From Myxococcota bacterium (GTDB taxonomy: Bacteria; Myxococcota_A; UBA796; GCA-2862545): a stretch of 64,000 nucleotides of DNA. Numbering within the stretch: the first letter of the stretch is position 1; each line of letters opens with the position of its first letter. A program made the translations under genes and the position numbers. Below, in pieces: positions 46,215 through 55,935 of the stretch. The stretch lies in assembly GCA_039208735.1 (NCBI GenBank), contig JBCCQY010000022.1, forward strand, positions 1 through 64,000, written 5' to 3'. The notes under the pieces are model-generated. The model was not told the DNA's origin, did not search any database, and was given only the letters and a program-made list of their open reading frames with translations.

Positions 46215-47204
46215 GTGCACGACGACCTCGACATCGCGGTCATCATCCCCTGCTACAACGAAGCCGAGACCATTGGGCGAGTGGTCGACGGATTTCGCGT
46301 CGCGTTGCCCACAGCCCGAGTGTTCGTCTACGACAACAACAGCACCGACGGCACCTCTGCCATCGCCGGAAATGCGGGGGCGAGGGTTCGCAAATGCGCC
46401 CTACAGGGCAAGGGCAACGTCGTCCGGCGCATGTTCGCCGACGTCGAGGCCGACGTCTACGTGATGATCGACGGCGACGACCAGCTCGACGCAGCCGATG
46501 CCCCTACGATGGTCGACCGCCTCGTCACCGAGCACCTCGACATGGTCACGGGCATTCGCGCCGACCACGATGCCCATCGATCGGGCCATGCGTTTGGGAA
46601 TCGCGTGATGACCGGGCTGGTGGGCGAGTTGTTCGGGCACCGGCTTTCGGATGTGTTGTCCGGCTACCGCGTGTTCAGCCGACGCTTCGTGAAATCCTTT
46701 CCCGCCCTCGCCGAGGGCTTTGAGATCGAAACCGAGCTGACGGTCCACGCCCTCGAACTCAAGATGCCCGTTGCCGACAGCCCGGTCCGCTTCCGCTCCC
46801 GGCCGGAGGGCAACCCCAGCAAACTCAACGCGATTCGCGATGGACTGCGCATCCTGTTCACCATCGCTCGGCTCGTCCAGCGCGAGCGGCCCCTGCCGTT
46901 TTACGGCGTCATTGGGCTCGAACTCGCCGCGTTGTCGATCGGACTTGCGATTCCGCTGTTCATCACGTTTTTCGAGACGAGCGAAGTGCCTCGATTCCCC
47001 ACCGCCATCCTTTGTTCGGCCATCATGCTCGTCGCGTTCCTCTCGTTCACGGCGGGTGTGGTGCTCGACACGGTGACCCATCACCGCCGTGAAACCCGCA
47101 TGCTCGCCTACCTCCGCGAACCTTCCCTCGCGAGCCGGACCGAAGGCATGCAGCATGAGGCGCCGCCGGTTCGAAGCGTCGCAACGGCCAAGCCCCAAAC
47201 ATGA
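46215..47204 (+). CDS. GT2 glycosyltransferase (polyprenol-phosphate/DPM-like) with C-terminal TM helices
   Basis: IPCYNE, DNNSTDGT, GKG, IDGD, DVLSGYR, FEIETE. Confidence 0.88.
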   Translation: MHDDLDIAVIIPCYNEAETIGRVVDGFRVALPTARVFVYDNNSTDGTSAIAGNAGARVRKCALQGKGNVVRRMFADVEADVYVMIDGDDQLDAADAPTMVDRLVTEHLDMVTGIRADHDAHRSGHAFGNRVMTGLVGELFGHRLSDVLSGYRVFSRRFVKSFPALAEGFEIETELTVHALELKMPVADSPVRFRSRPEGNPSKLNAIRDGLRILFTIARLVQRERPLPFYGVIGLELAALSIGLAIPLFITFFETSEVPRFPTAILCSAIMLVAFLSFTAGVVLDTVTHHRRETRMLAYLREPSLASRTEGMQHEAPPVRSVATAKPQT

Positions 47205-47287
47205 GGCTCACTCACTTTTTAGGTTGACGCGGCCCGCGGGGCACGCGATGCTCTCAATGTGAGAATCGCTCACGTTTGGAGGCGAGG

Positions 47288-48778
47288 GTGGAGGACTACG
47301 AGGAGCACGATGCGGTCGGGCTCGCCGACTTGGTGGCGCGAGGAGAGGTGTCGCCGGCTGAGCTGGTCCGCGAAGCGCAACGCCGCATCGAGGACCACGA
47401 CCCCACCTACGGTTTCATCGCGCACCGGTTCGACGCAGAGGTCGCGCTTACCGCCCTCCCGTCATCGGGGCCGTTTCGGGGGGTGCCCTTCCTGTTGAAA
47501 GACCAGCTCGAGGTCGCTGGCCAGCCCATGACACTGGGTTCGCGGCTGCTCAAGGATTGGACGCCTCCGCACACCCATCCGCTCGCCTCACGGTTCGTCG
47601 AAACGGGCCTCGTCCCTCTCGGTCGCACCACGATGAGCGAACTCGGTCTATTGCCGACCTCGGAGTCTGCGGCCTTCGGCGTCACCCATAATCCCTGGGC
47701 CAAGGGCTACTCTCCCGGAGGATCGAGTGGTGGCGCGGCGGTGGCCGTGACCGCCGGAGTCGTCCCGATCGCCCACGCGGTGGATGGAGGTGGCTCGATT
47801 CGGATTCCGGCGTCGGCCTGCGGGCTCATTGGCCTCAAACCCAGTCGAGGGCGACATCCTGGGTGGGCCGACGATCCGCCACAGGGGTTTGTCAGCCACT
47901 TTGCGGTGACCCGAACCGTACGTGACACGGCCGCACTGCTCGACGCCACCTACGTGTCCGCCGGCCGCTTTCGATTGCCGGCCCCCGAAGTTCCCTACGC
48001 CTCGGTCATCGAACGTGACCCCGCTCCGCTGCGAATCGGCCTCACGCCCACGGGCCTGTTTGGCGAGGCCCCGCATCCTGAAGTCCTCGCCTCCCTGACG
48101 TCGACCGTCGAGCAGCTCGTAGCGCTTGGACACACCGTGGAAGAGGTCCGCCCGCCTCTCGAGGTGGACCGCTTCGTCGCCGCGTTTCGGGTGCTGTGGG
48201 CCACCGCCGCGGGCATCTTCCTCGCCATCGCCCAACGAGATGCGCCGTTGCCTTCGTGGCTACGGCCATTGACGAGACCGCCCACCGTGTTTCGGCTGCT
48301 CACCGCACTCTCGGGTGGCGTGGAGCCGTTTACCCGCCGACTGGCCCGCCTCCAGCAGGCCTTGGCCCCGACCGACTTGTGGCTCGCCGAGATGGACCTC
48401 GAAGCAGCCGCGGCCTCGTTGCAGATCTACTTCGAAACCTACGACCTTTGGCTCACCCCTACGCTGTTGCAGCCCCCTCCGAAACACGGGTTCTTCGACC
48501 TCGGACTGAGCGATGAGGCGCTCGGCCGGCAGATCTTTGGCCTTATCGGCTTTACCGCCATCGCGAACGGCACGGGAATTCCTGCGATTTCGCTGCCCGC
48601 CGGATTGGCCGCAGGGCTTCCCGTTGGCGTTCAGTTCATGGCACCCATGGGCCGTGAGGACCGCCTACTCGCCCTCGCGGGCCAGCTGGAACGCGCCTCA
48701 TCACCCGATGATCCACTTGCGTGGCCGGTTCACTGGAAACGCTTTAACGAAGCCGCCACCTCGGGATGGTCTTCGTAA
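47288..48778 (+). CDS. Amidase signature family protein
   Basis: [31 protein letters not shown]. Start GTG 47288 or TTG 47276. Confidence 0.88.
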   Translation: MEDYEEHDAVGLADLVARGEVSPAELVREAQRRIEDHDPTYGFIAHRFDAEVALTALPSSGPFRGVPFLLKDQLEVAGQPMTLGSRLLKDWTPPHTHPLASRFVETGLVPLGRTTMSELGLLPTSESAAFGVTHNPWAKGYSPGGSSGGAAVAVTAGVVPIAHAVDGGGSIRIPASACGLIGLKPSRGRHPGWADDPPQGFVSHFAVTRTVRDTAALLDATYVSAGRFRLPAPEVPYASVIERDPAPLRIGLTPTGLFGEAPHPEVLASLTSTVEQLVALGHTVEEVRPPLEVDRFVAAFRVLWATAAGIFLAIAQRDAPLPSWLRPLTRPPTVFRLLTALSGGVEPFTRRLARLQQALAPTDLWLAEMDLEAAAASLQIYFETYDLWLTPTLLQPPPKHGFFDLGLSDEALGRQIFGLIGFTAIANGTGIPAISLPAGLAAGLPVGVQFMAPMGREDRLLALAGQLERASSPDDPLAWPVHWKRFNEAATSGWSS

Positions 48779-50451
48779 GCTGAAGCCGCTTCGAAGAGCG
48801 CCTCTGCCCTCGCCTGTTCACCACAGGTCGCCAGAAAGCCTGCGAACCGGATCTGCTGCTGGGCATGCAGAATCGGATGTTCTGGAAGCCAGTCCGCAAG
48901 GTCAACGTCGGCCACGGACGTCGCAAAGCGAGCCCGGTATTCCGCCGTGGCGGGAAGGGGCGGCACCACCACCATCACGATGCTGTCCAGGTACACCAGG
49001 GCCCAACCGCGTTCGAGGAGGGTCTCGATGCGCTCATGGTGATCGGGCAGTCGCATTTCGCCGACGACAAAACCCGGCATCCAGGTCTCGATGAGTTCAT
49101 CGAGCACGGCTTGATCGCTTTGGGCTTCGATGCTCTGCAGAAGGAAGTCCTTCGGATAGGCCTCCCAGCGCCCATCGACGAACACGTCTTTCACAGGATG
49201 AACGTCGTAGGTGAGGTAGTTGCCGGCTCCCCACCCTAGATTGAGCATCTGGCCTGGAGGAGGGTGCTCGCGCAGGAATGCCGTCGCCGACTCCGCCCAC
49301 TCGCCCACCGACTTGCCGAGGCCCTGCTGACGTCGCAGGTATGCATGGTCGCGAGGCTTCACCTGGCCACCCAAAATGAGCCCGGCCAGGAACACCACGC
49401 ACGCGGCCAACGCGGCGCGAAAAAGGGGAACCGACTCGAGCAATGGCGTTTTGGCCTTCTCGTCCCACCGCGTCACCACACTCGCTGCAGCGAGGGCAAA
49501 GAACGGGATGCCTCGCAACGCTGCGACGACCAAGGCGGTGCCCATCGCAAGGACACCGAGTTCGATCACCGACCAGCGCCCTCGGGCTCGGACCGCGGCC
49601 ACTCCAACGACCACCGCGAAGACGGCCACGATAGGCCCGCCAAGGGGGTCCGTCCAGATCGGTTCCAGTTCAGCACTGCGCGCTCCGGTCGTTCCATCGC
49701 TTCCCAGCGTGAGCACCGTCGAGACCAGCGCCCACGGGGCGATCCACGCGCGCGGACCCAGCGGACTGATCGCCATGACCGCGACGCTTGCGCCAAAGGT
49801 CGCCAACAGTGGCGTCAGCGGCAGATCCGCATCGGATTCGTCGAGCCACCCCCGCCCTCGCAAGGCCCGCGTGACCGCGATGTGCACCGCAAAGCCCGCG
49901 ATCAGCACCACCCCGATGAGGTACATCTGGTGTGTGTTCACCATGAACCAGAGTGTGAGCACCATGGCGATGAGGGGCGCTCGGGTCTCGGGGCGGGCTC
50001 GCCAGCGTTCGAAGGCCACGAGCAAAAGCCCCAGCCCCAAAACGGTAAAGACCTCCGGCCGTGGCACCAGATGGCGCTGGACCCCCAGGACGGCGAGAAA
50101 CCAGACAAACGAGGTCTTGGCAAGCCGATCGGGCCCCCCTGCCCACCCCCCCCAAGCCCCTACCGCACAGAGCCAGCTCACACAGCAGAAGACCGAAAGC
50201 GTCCAAAATCCAAGGGTTTCGGACAGCACGTACACGGCCAGCTGATAGAACGTGTACTGCTGATCGTTTGGATGATCCGGGAAGGTCCAGGAAAATGTAT
50301 TGGTCAGCAGGGGAGCGCCGGTGTCCCAAATGTGGCGCCCAATCGCGATGTGCTCGGGGACGTCGATGGGCGAGATGCGGAAGACCCCAAACACCACGAG
50401 CAGGGCCACCACGACGGCCAGGGCGGTGCGCTGAAGGGCCGATGCGGGGAT
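48730..50451 (-). CDS. Multi-pass membrane protein, possible GT-C-fold transferase
   Basis: About 11 hydrophobic segments, first-loop acidic motif IDVPEH, RPEVF, soluble C-domain with FVDGRWEAY. Start is ATC 50451 (proposed) or GTG 50412. Confidence 0.65.
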   Translation of the reverse strand: MPASALQRTALAVVVALLVVFGVFRISPIDVPEHIAIGRHIWDTGAPLLTNTFSWTFPDHPNDQQYTFYQLAVYVLSETLGFWTLSVFCCVSWLCAVGAWGGWAGGPDRLAKTSFVWFLAVLGVQRHLVPRPEVFTVLGLGLLLVAFERWRARPETRAPLIAMVLTLWFMVNTHQMYLIGVVLIAGFAVHIAVTRALRGRGWLDESDADLPLTPLLATFGASVAVMAISPLGPRAWIAPWALVSTVLTLGSDGTTGARSAELEPIWTDPLGGPIVAVFAVVVGVAAVRARGRWSVIELGVLAMGTALVVAALRGIPFFALAAASVVTRWDEKAKTPLLESVPLFRAALAACVVFLAGLILGGQVKPRDHAYLRRQQGLGKSVGEWAESATAFLREHPPPGQMLNLGWGAGNYLTYDVHPVKDVFVDGRWEAYPKDFLLQSIEAQSDQAVLDELIETWMPGFVVGEMRLPDHHERIETLLERGWALVYLDSIVMVVVPPLPATAEYRARFATSVADVDLADWLPEHPILHAQQQIRFAGFLATCGEQARAEALFEAASAYEDHPEVAASLKRFQ

Positions 50452-50472
50452 GGATCACCTCCTGCGGAGACC

Positions 50473-51492
50473 TTACCTGCCGTGGCGTTCAAAGAACGCC
50501 CAGGCCTCCGTCGTGGTCGAGATGGCATCGGTCGTCGTGCCCCCGCACTGTTCAGGATTGCCGTAGATCGGCGAGCCCGCCCAGGGATGCCCCAGCTCTT
50601 CGACGGTGACGAGCGCGATCTCGATGTCCTGGGGGCAGGTCCAGGTGCGCGTCCGGACAACGCCCTCGGTTTCGTCGGTCGGCTCATCAGGGCAGGAAGC
50701 CGCGGTCCGAAACACCTCGACGGCGGCTTCTACGCCAAGCCGATCCTGACCGTTGGACGCCACCGCGCCATCGTAGGGCACGCAGAGGTCCTCAAGACCG
50801 TGGACATGCAGCAGAGGAACGGGTCGAGACGGCGTGCATTCAAAGGCGACCAACGGCGGATCGACGCTCTCCTCCACCGTGGCCAGGGTGCCCGCACTAA
50901 TCGCGACCGCCGCGATGCGATCGCTTGCCTCGCACGCCAGGCGGTAGGACATCATTCCGCCGTTCGAATGCCCCGTTGCAAAAATGCGATCCGCGTCGAG
51001 GCAAGCGCCTTTGGTCTGCGCATCGTCGATCATCGCGATCATGGAGGCCACATGATCGGGCAGCAGTGCGGGGGGACCACAACAGCTGCCCGCGTTCCAG
51101 ACCTGCGGACCGCCCTTGCCCACCGCGAAACCCTCGGGCGTCAATGTGGCGAACCCTTCCTGATCTCCCAATGCCGAAAGGCCGGTTACCGTCTCGATCG
51201 CCGCCCCGTCGCTTCCCCCACCATGGAGCTGGAGGATCGCGGCCCGAGGTTCGGCCCCCGTCGGTGGGACGTGGAGCCGGTAGCGGAACGGCCGCCCGTC
51301 CACCTCGATGGTCTCGTCGTAGTCGCCCGCCGCCCGGCAAACCGGCCCCGGATCCTGCGTATCTGCAGTAGGTCCGCCGGTCGTCGCGGTCGTCGCGGTC
51401 GGTTCGGGAACCTCGGGCGTTCCCGTGGCCGCGGTCGGCGTAGCGGGTTCTGGTGAAGACGAACAGGCAACCAACCAACCCACGACGAACAT
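50473..51492 (-). CDS. Alpha/beta-hydrolase lipoprotein (PHB depolymerase/LpqP-like esterase)
   Basis: Lipobox LVAC, Thr-rich linker, LHGG, WNAGSCCG, GHSNGG, HG..D, GHPW. Confidence 0.85.
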   Translation of the reverse strand: MFVVGWLVACSSSPEPATPTAATGTPEVPEPTATTATTGGPTADTQDPGPVCRAAGDYDETIEVDGRPFRYRLHVPPTGAEPRAAILQLHGGGSDGAAIETVTGLSALGDQEGFATLTPEGFAVGKGGPQVWNAGSCCGPPALLPDHVASMIAMIDDAQTKGACLDADRIFATGHSNGGMMSYRLACEASDRIAAVAISAGTLATVEESVDPPLVAFECTPSRPVPLLHVHGLEDLCVPYDGAVASNGQDRLGVEAAVEVFRTAASCPDEPTDETEGVVRTRTWTCPQDIEIALVTVEELGHPWAGSPIYGNPEQCGGTTTDAISTTTEAWAFFERHGR

Positions 51493-51581
51493 CGGACCTC
51501 CTTCCTACGGATGGTCACGAAAACGAAACCCCCAAGGGAATATTGGTTGGCCCCCTCCGCGCCCTCATAGTATGCGCTCGT

Positions 51582-51983
51582 ATGTCATGGCGTAGTCATC
51601 TTCCGACGCTGCTTCAGGAGCGCCGCTTTCGCACCCAGGCGGCGCTTGCGCAGGCGTTGGCCGACGCGGGGCACCCCGTTGACCAGGCGGCGATCTCGCG
51701 GGAGCTGAAGGTGTTGGGTGCGGTCAAGGTGGATGGCACCTACCAACTCGTCCAAGAACAGGACGGGTTGCCGGTGTTTGGAGCCTCCGTGACGGCGGGC
51801 GGGTGCCTCGTGGTCCTGCGGACGGCGCCGGCCTGGGCCAACGTCATGGCGCAGCGCATCGACGAGGCTTCCCTGGTGGGGATCCTTGGCACGATCGCAG
51901 GCGATGACACCGTGTTCGTGGCGACCTCTGGAGCCGAGGCCACAGACGCACTTCAACATTGGCTCGGCCTTCCGGGAACGTGA
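51582..51983 (+). CDS. argR: Arginine repressor
   Basis: TQAALA..L...G..VDQAAISRELK, LRTAP, GTIAGDDT. Confidence 0.9.
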   Translation: MSWRSHLPTLLQERRFRTQAALAQALADAGHPVDQAAISRELKVLGAVKVDGTYQLVQEQDGLPVFGASVTAGGCLVVLRTAPAWANVMAQRIDEASLVGILGTIAGDDTVFVATSGAEATDALQHWLGLPGT

Positions 51984-53056
51984 CCCCCATGCGCATTCGA
52001 TTGGACAAGATTGCTTCGAGCACCGTGCACCTCGGCCTTTCCCGCCAGGTGGTGGTCGCGCCCGAAGTCCAAGCCGAGGCAGGCGCCGTGGTCGCCGTGC
52101 GCCTCCTCGACGGCGGACTCGACACCACGATTGAAAACCCCCAAGGCCGCATGATGAAGTGCCGTGAGGGGGATGTGATCGCGGGGGTTCTCGGGCGTCG
52201 GGAGGCGTTGCGAGGCTTCTTCGGAGACATTCCTGCGTCGGTGGCCGCGGGCGACGTGTTGCACCTGCTCAATCGTGGGGGCGTCATTGGGTTATGCCCC
52301 GACGGCCATCCCGAGCTGGGAACGCCGCCCCGCGTGCAGGTCCTGGGCAGCGTGGTCCGATTTTCGGACCTCGAACGTCAACATGGCGAACCGGCCAACA
52401 TCTTCCCCGGCCCGGTAGCCCTCGCCGATCCCGGCCAGAACCTTGGCGTACCCGTGGTATTCGTCGTGGGCACCACCATGCATGCGGGCAAGACGGCCGC
52501 GGCCTGTGCGATCGTCCGAGGCGCCACGGTTCGGGGCATGGCGGTCGTAGCGGCCAAAGTCACCGGCGTGGCGCTCCGTCGCGACACGCTCGAGATGCAG
52601 GACTACGGTGCGGTTTCGGCGGTTTCGTTTGCCGATGTGGGCTTTCCGTCCACGATCAACGTCGATGTGGTGCGTGGCGCGTGGGGCTGCCTTGTCGCGG
52701 CCGCGTCCCGTAAGCCCGACTTGCTCGTCGTGGAGCTTGGGGACGGGCTGATGGGACAGTACGGCGTTCGCGAGGTGCTTTCCTCGCCGGGCATCGCCAA
52801 GGTGACCCGCGCTGTGGTGCTCTCGGCCAACGATCCTGTGGGGGCGTGGGGCGGTCAGCAGATCCTTGCGGAGATTGGCCTGCCAACGACCGTGATCACC
52901 GGACCAGCGACCGACAACGACGCAGGATGCACCTCCATTGCTTCGCGCACCGCGGTACCGGCCATCAATGCGCGTCGACAGCGTGATGCGTTCGTGGAGA
53001 CGGTCCTCGATGCGATCCACCGGCCTCAGCTCAAGGCCGCCGGAGATGCGTCATGA
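51980..53056 (+). CDS. Uncharacterised P-loop protein, DUF1611-like
   Basis: VGTTMHAGKT, AAKVTGVALRRD, FADVGFPST, VELGDGL; overlaps argR (GTGA) and argC (ATGA). ATG 51989 is an alternative start. Confidence 0.7.
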   Translation: MTPMRIRLDKIASSTVHLGLSRQVVVAPEVQAEAGAVVAVRLLDGGLDTTIENPQGRMMKCREGDVIAGVLGRREALRGFFGDIPASVAAGDVLHLLNRGGVIGLCPDGHPELGTPPRVQVLGSVVRFSDLERQHGEPANIFPGPVALADPGQNLGVPVVFVVGTTMHAGKTAAACAIVRGATVRGMAVVAAKVTGVALRRDTLEMQDYGAVSAVSFADVGFPSTINVDVVRGAWGCLVAAASRKPDLLVVELGDGLMGQYGVREVLSSPGIAKVTRAVVLSANDPVGAWGGQQILAEIGLPTTVITGPATDNDAGCTSIASRTAVPAINARRQRDAFVETVLDAIHRPQLKAAGDAS

Positions 53057-54000
53057 ACGTTGGCGTGGTGGGGGTGTCGGGCTACGCCGGCTCCGAGCTG
53101 TGCCGTTGGCTCCTCGACCATCCCCAGTTCGAACTCGCGCTTGCCGTGGGGCGATCGTCAGCGGGTCAGCGCCTGGATGCGGTTCATCCAGGTCTGGCTG
53201 GACTCACCGAATTGACGGTGACGCCTTGGGAACCCGAGCGGTTGTCCAGCTGTGAGGTGGTGTGTCTCGCGGTTCCTCACGGACAGGCTCGCGGACTGGT
53301 CGAACAGATCCCGCACGGGGTTCGCATCCTCGACCTCTCCCGCGACCACCGTCACGTCGAAGGGTGGCGGTACGGGCTGGTGGACTGGACCGATGCCGAC
53401 TTCACCACCCTCGATCGCGTGGCCGTGCCCGGGTGCTTTGCGACGTGCATCGCACTCATGCTGGCCCCCTTTGCCGCTCAACACGCCATTCGCGGCCCGG
53501 TCGCGGTCTCGGGGTGCACCGGCTCGACGGGCGCGGGCGCATCCCCCGGGCGCGGGACCCATCATCCCGAGCGAGCCGTGAACCTGCGGGCCTACAAGAT
53601 GCTCACCCACCAGCACACGCCCGAGATCGAGGCCACCCTCGCGGCGGTGGGGCAACCTGCAAATCTCCTGTTCGTTCCTTTGTCAGCCCCTCTCGACCGG
53701 GGCATCCTCGCCACCGCCTTCGTGCCCATCGACGCCGATCTCGATCCACAGGCGGTCGTTCGAGAGGCCTACGCCCAAGCGCCTCTCGTGCGGCTCCGCA
53801 CCGAGTCGCCCCACCTTCGCCACGTGCGCGGGACGGCCTTCGCCGACCTTTGGGTGGGGGCACAACATGGACAGGCGGTGGTGATCGGAGCCATTGACAA
53901 CCTTGGGAAGGGTGCGGCCACCCAAGCGGTGCAGTGCCTCAATCGAATGGCGGGACTCCCCGCCCATCTTGGGCTGCGCCGCGCGCCAGCTCTGCCCTGA
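53053..54000 (+). CDS. argC: N-acyl-gamma-glutamyl-phosphate reductase
   Basis: GVSGYAG, LAVPHG, PGCFAT, HQHTPEI, IDNLGKGAA. Confidence 0.92.
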   Translation: MNVGVVGVSGYAGSELCRWLLDHPQFELALAVGRSSAGQRLDAVHPGLAGLTELTVTPWEPERLSSCEVVCLAVPHGQARGLVEQIPHGVRILDLSRDHRHVEGWRYGLVDWTDADFTTLDRVAVPGCFATCIALMLAPFAAQHAIRGPVAVSGCTGSTGAGASPGRGTHHPERAVNLRAYKMLTHQHTPEIEATLAAVGQPANLLFVPLSAPLDRGILATAFVPIDADLDPQAVVREAYAQAPLVRLRTESPHLRHVRGTAFADLWVGAQHGQAVVIGAIDNLGKGAATQAVQCLNRMAGLPAHLGLRRAPALP

Positions 54001-54019
54001 CCCTTTCGAGGACGACGAC

Positions 54020-55042
54020 ATGTCCCTCCGACACTTCATCGATGGCACCGAGCCAGGCCCCGCCGGCGTCGAAGCCATCGCCCGACGCGCCTTGGCGCTC
54101 TCTCGAGGGGCTCCGGCCCTGCGAATGTCTAAGCGACTCATCAGCGTGTTCATGAATGCAAGCCTGCGCACCCGATTGTCGCTGGATGCGGCGTGCCATG
54201 GACTCGGCATCCACCACCAAAGTGTGACGCCGGGCGCCAACGCCTGGGCCCTCGAGATGCGAGATGGCGCGGTGATGATGGATGGCGACAAGGCCGAGCA
54301 CGTCGCCGATGCGGTTCGGGTGCTCGGCCAGTACGGCCATGCGCTGGCCGTGCGCGCGTTCGCGGGCCTCCAGAATCGTGACGAAGATCGTGCCGATCCC
54401 GTGATTTCCGCGTTCGTGAAGCATGCGCCGGGGCCCGTCGTGAACCTGGAGTCAGCCCGCTACCACCCGTTGCAGGGGCTCGCTGATGCCGCGACGTGGT
54501 TCGACCATCTCGGACAGGTCCAAGGCCAGCGCATCGCCTTGGTCTGGGCCCCGCATCCTCGGGCGCTGCCCGCGGCGGTTCCGCAGCAGGTCCTGCTCAC
54601 CGCGAGCCTCCTTGGAGCCCGCATCACGGTGGCGCACCCCGAAGGATTCGATCTCGATCCCGAGATCGTGACCCGTGCTCAGGGTCTTGCCGCGGCCGGC
54701 GGGGGGGAGGTTCAGGTGACGACAGATCGCCGGGCGGCCATCGAGGGCACCCAGGTGATCGTAGCCAAGAGTTGGTCGGGATTCTCGGGCTACGGCCGGC
54801 GCGAAGACGAAGCCCGCCAACGGGAAACCCTGGGAGCCTGGCGCGTGGACCAGCCCGATTTCGCGCTGGCGTCGCCGGGAGCGGGCTTCATGCACTGTCT
54901 CCCGCTGCGCCGCAATGTGGTGGCCACCGATGCAGTTGTGGATGGGCCATCGTCATGGGTCGTGCAAACCGCTGGATTGCGCATGCACACCGCCATGGCT
55001 CTGCTGGAGCAGCTCTTGGGGGGTGATCCATGGACCGCGTGA
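54020..55042 (+). CDS. argF': N-acetyl/N-succinyl-ornithine carbamoyltransferase (ArgF' type)
   Basis: SLRT (not STRT), HPLQ, WAPHPRALP, HCLPLRRN. Confidence 0.88.
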   Translation: MSLRHFIDGTEPGPAGVEAIARRALALSRGAPALRMSKRLISVFMNASLRTRLSLDAACHGLGIHHQSVTPGANAWALEMRDGAVMMDGDKAEHVADAVRVLGQYGHALAVRAFAGLQNRDEDRADPVISAFVKHAPGPVVNLESARYHPLQGLADAATWFDHLGQVQGQRIALVWAPHPRALPAAVPQQVLLTASLLGARITVAHPEGFDLDPEIVTRAQGLAAAGGGEVQVTTDRRAAIEGTQVIVAKSWSGFSGYGRREDEARQRETLGAWRVDQPDFALASPGAGFMHCLPLRRNVVATDAVVDGPSSWVVQTAGLRMHTAMALLEQLLGGDPWTA

Positions 55043-55935
55043 TCACGCTGACCGACGCCGTACCCTACCTGCGTGCTTATGCAGGTCAGACCTTTGTCAT
55101 CAAGGTGGGCGGCGCGATCGTGGCCGAAGAAGAGTGGCGCCGCGCCGTGGTGCACCAATGCGCCGTGCTCCATCGCGTGGGCATGGGCGTGGTGCTCGTG
55201 CACGGGGGCGGGCCGCAGCTCAAGGCCGTGGCCGCATCGCGGGGGATCGCCGCCCCTCAGGTCGCTGGGCGCCGCATCACCTCCGATGCCTTGCTCGAGG
55301 TTGCGATCGAACAGTGGCGGGGCCGATTGTCGACCCAACTCGTGGATGCCTTCCGCCAGGGTGGAGAAACCGCGGTGGGCCTCTGCGGGGCGGATGGCGA
55401 TCTGGTGACTGCGGCCAGGCGCCCTCCCGTCTCAATCGTGGATGATGCAGGTGCAACCAGACTCGTCGACTTTGGCCGGGTAGGAGATCTGCAGTCCGTC
55501 GACGTCACGTTGCTCCACGCGATCCTTGCGAACCGGATGATCCCTGTGGTGAGTCCACTCGCCGCAAGTTCCCAAGGTTTGCTGAACGTCAATGCCGACA
55601 GCATCGCCGCCGCATTGGCGATCGCCCTGCCCGCCGCCAAGTTGATCCTCGTGGGGCAAACCCCCGGTATTCTCGAAAATCCCACCGATGAGACCTCCGC
55701 CCTACCCGTCGCTGACCTCGCGACACTCGATCGCCTCGAGAGCAAAGGCAGCGTACAGGGCGGCATGCGGCCCAAGGTGGAGGCCATTCGCACGGCCCTA
55801 CGTGGAGGCGTACCTCGGGTACACCTCGTCGACGGCCGTGACGAAGACGGTCTACTCGCCGAGATCTTCACCCACGACGGGTCAGGGACGCTCGTCGTGG
55901 CCGAGGGCAAGGGTGAGGGGGTTGCTCCTGCTTAG
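55030..55935 (+). CDS. argB: N-acylglutamate kinase
   Basis: VIKVGG, VHGGGPQ, GRRIT, LNVNAD, GGMRPK. Confidence 0.92.
   Translation: MDRVITLTDAVPYLRAYAGQTFVIKVGGAIVAEEEWRRAVVHQCAVLHRVGMGVVLVHGGGPQLKAVAASRGIAAPQVAGRRITSDALLEVAIEQWRGRLSTQLVDAFRQGGETAVGLCGADGDLVTAARRPPVSIVDDAGATRLVDFGRVGDLQSVDVTLLHAILANRMIPVVSPLAASSQGLLNVNADSIAAALAIALPAAKLILVGQTPGILENPTDETSALPVADLATLDRLESKGSVQGGMRPKVEAIRTALRGGVPRVHLVDGRDEDGLLAEIFTHDGSGTLVVAEGKGEGVAPA

Noticed and set aside
50443..50463. 16S rRNA 3'-end fragment
   Set aside because: The match is only about 13 nt and better explained as a Shine-Dalgarno on the minus strand.
51564..51577. ARG box upstream of argR (CATAGTATG)
   Set aside because: Spacing does not fit the TGAAT-N4-ATTCA consensus; more likely a -10 element (TAGTAT) of a possibly leaderless transcript.
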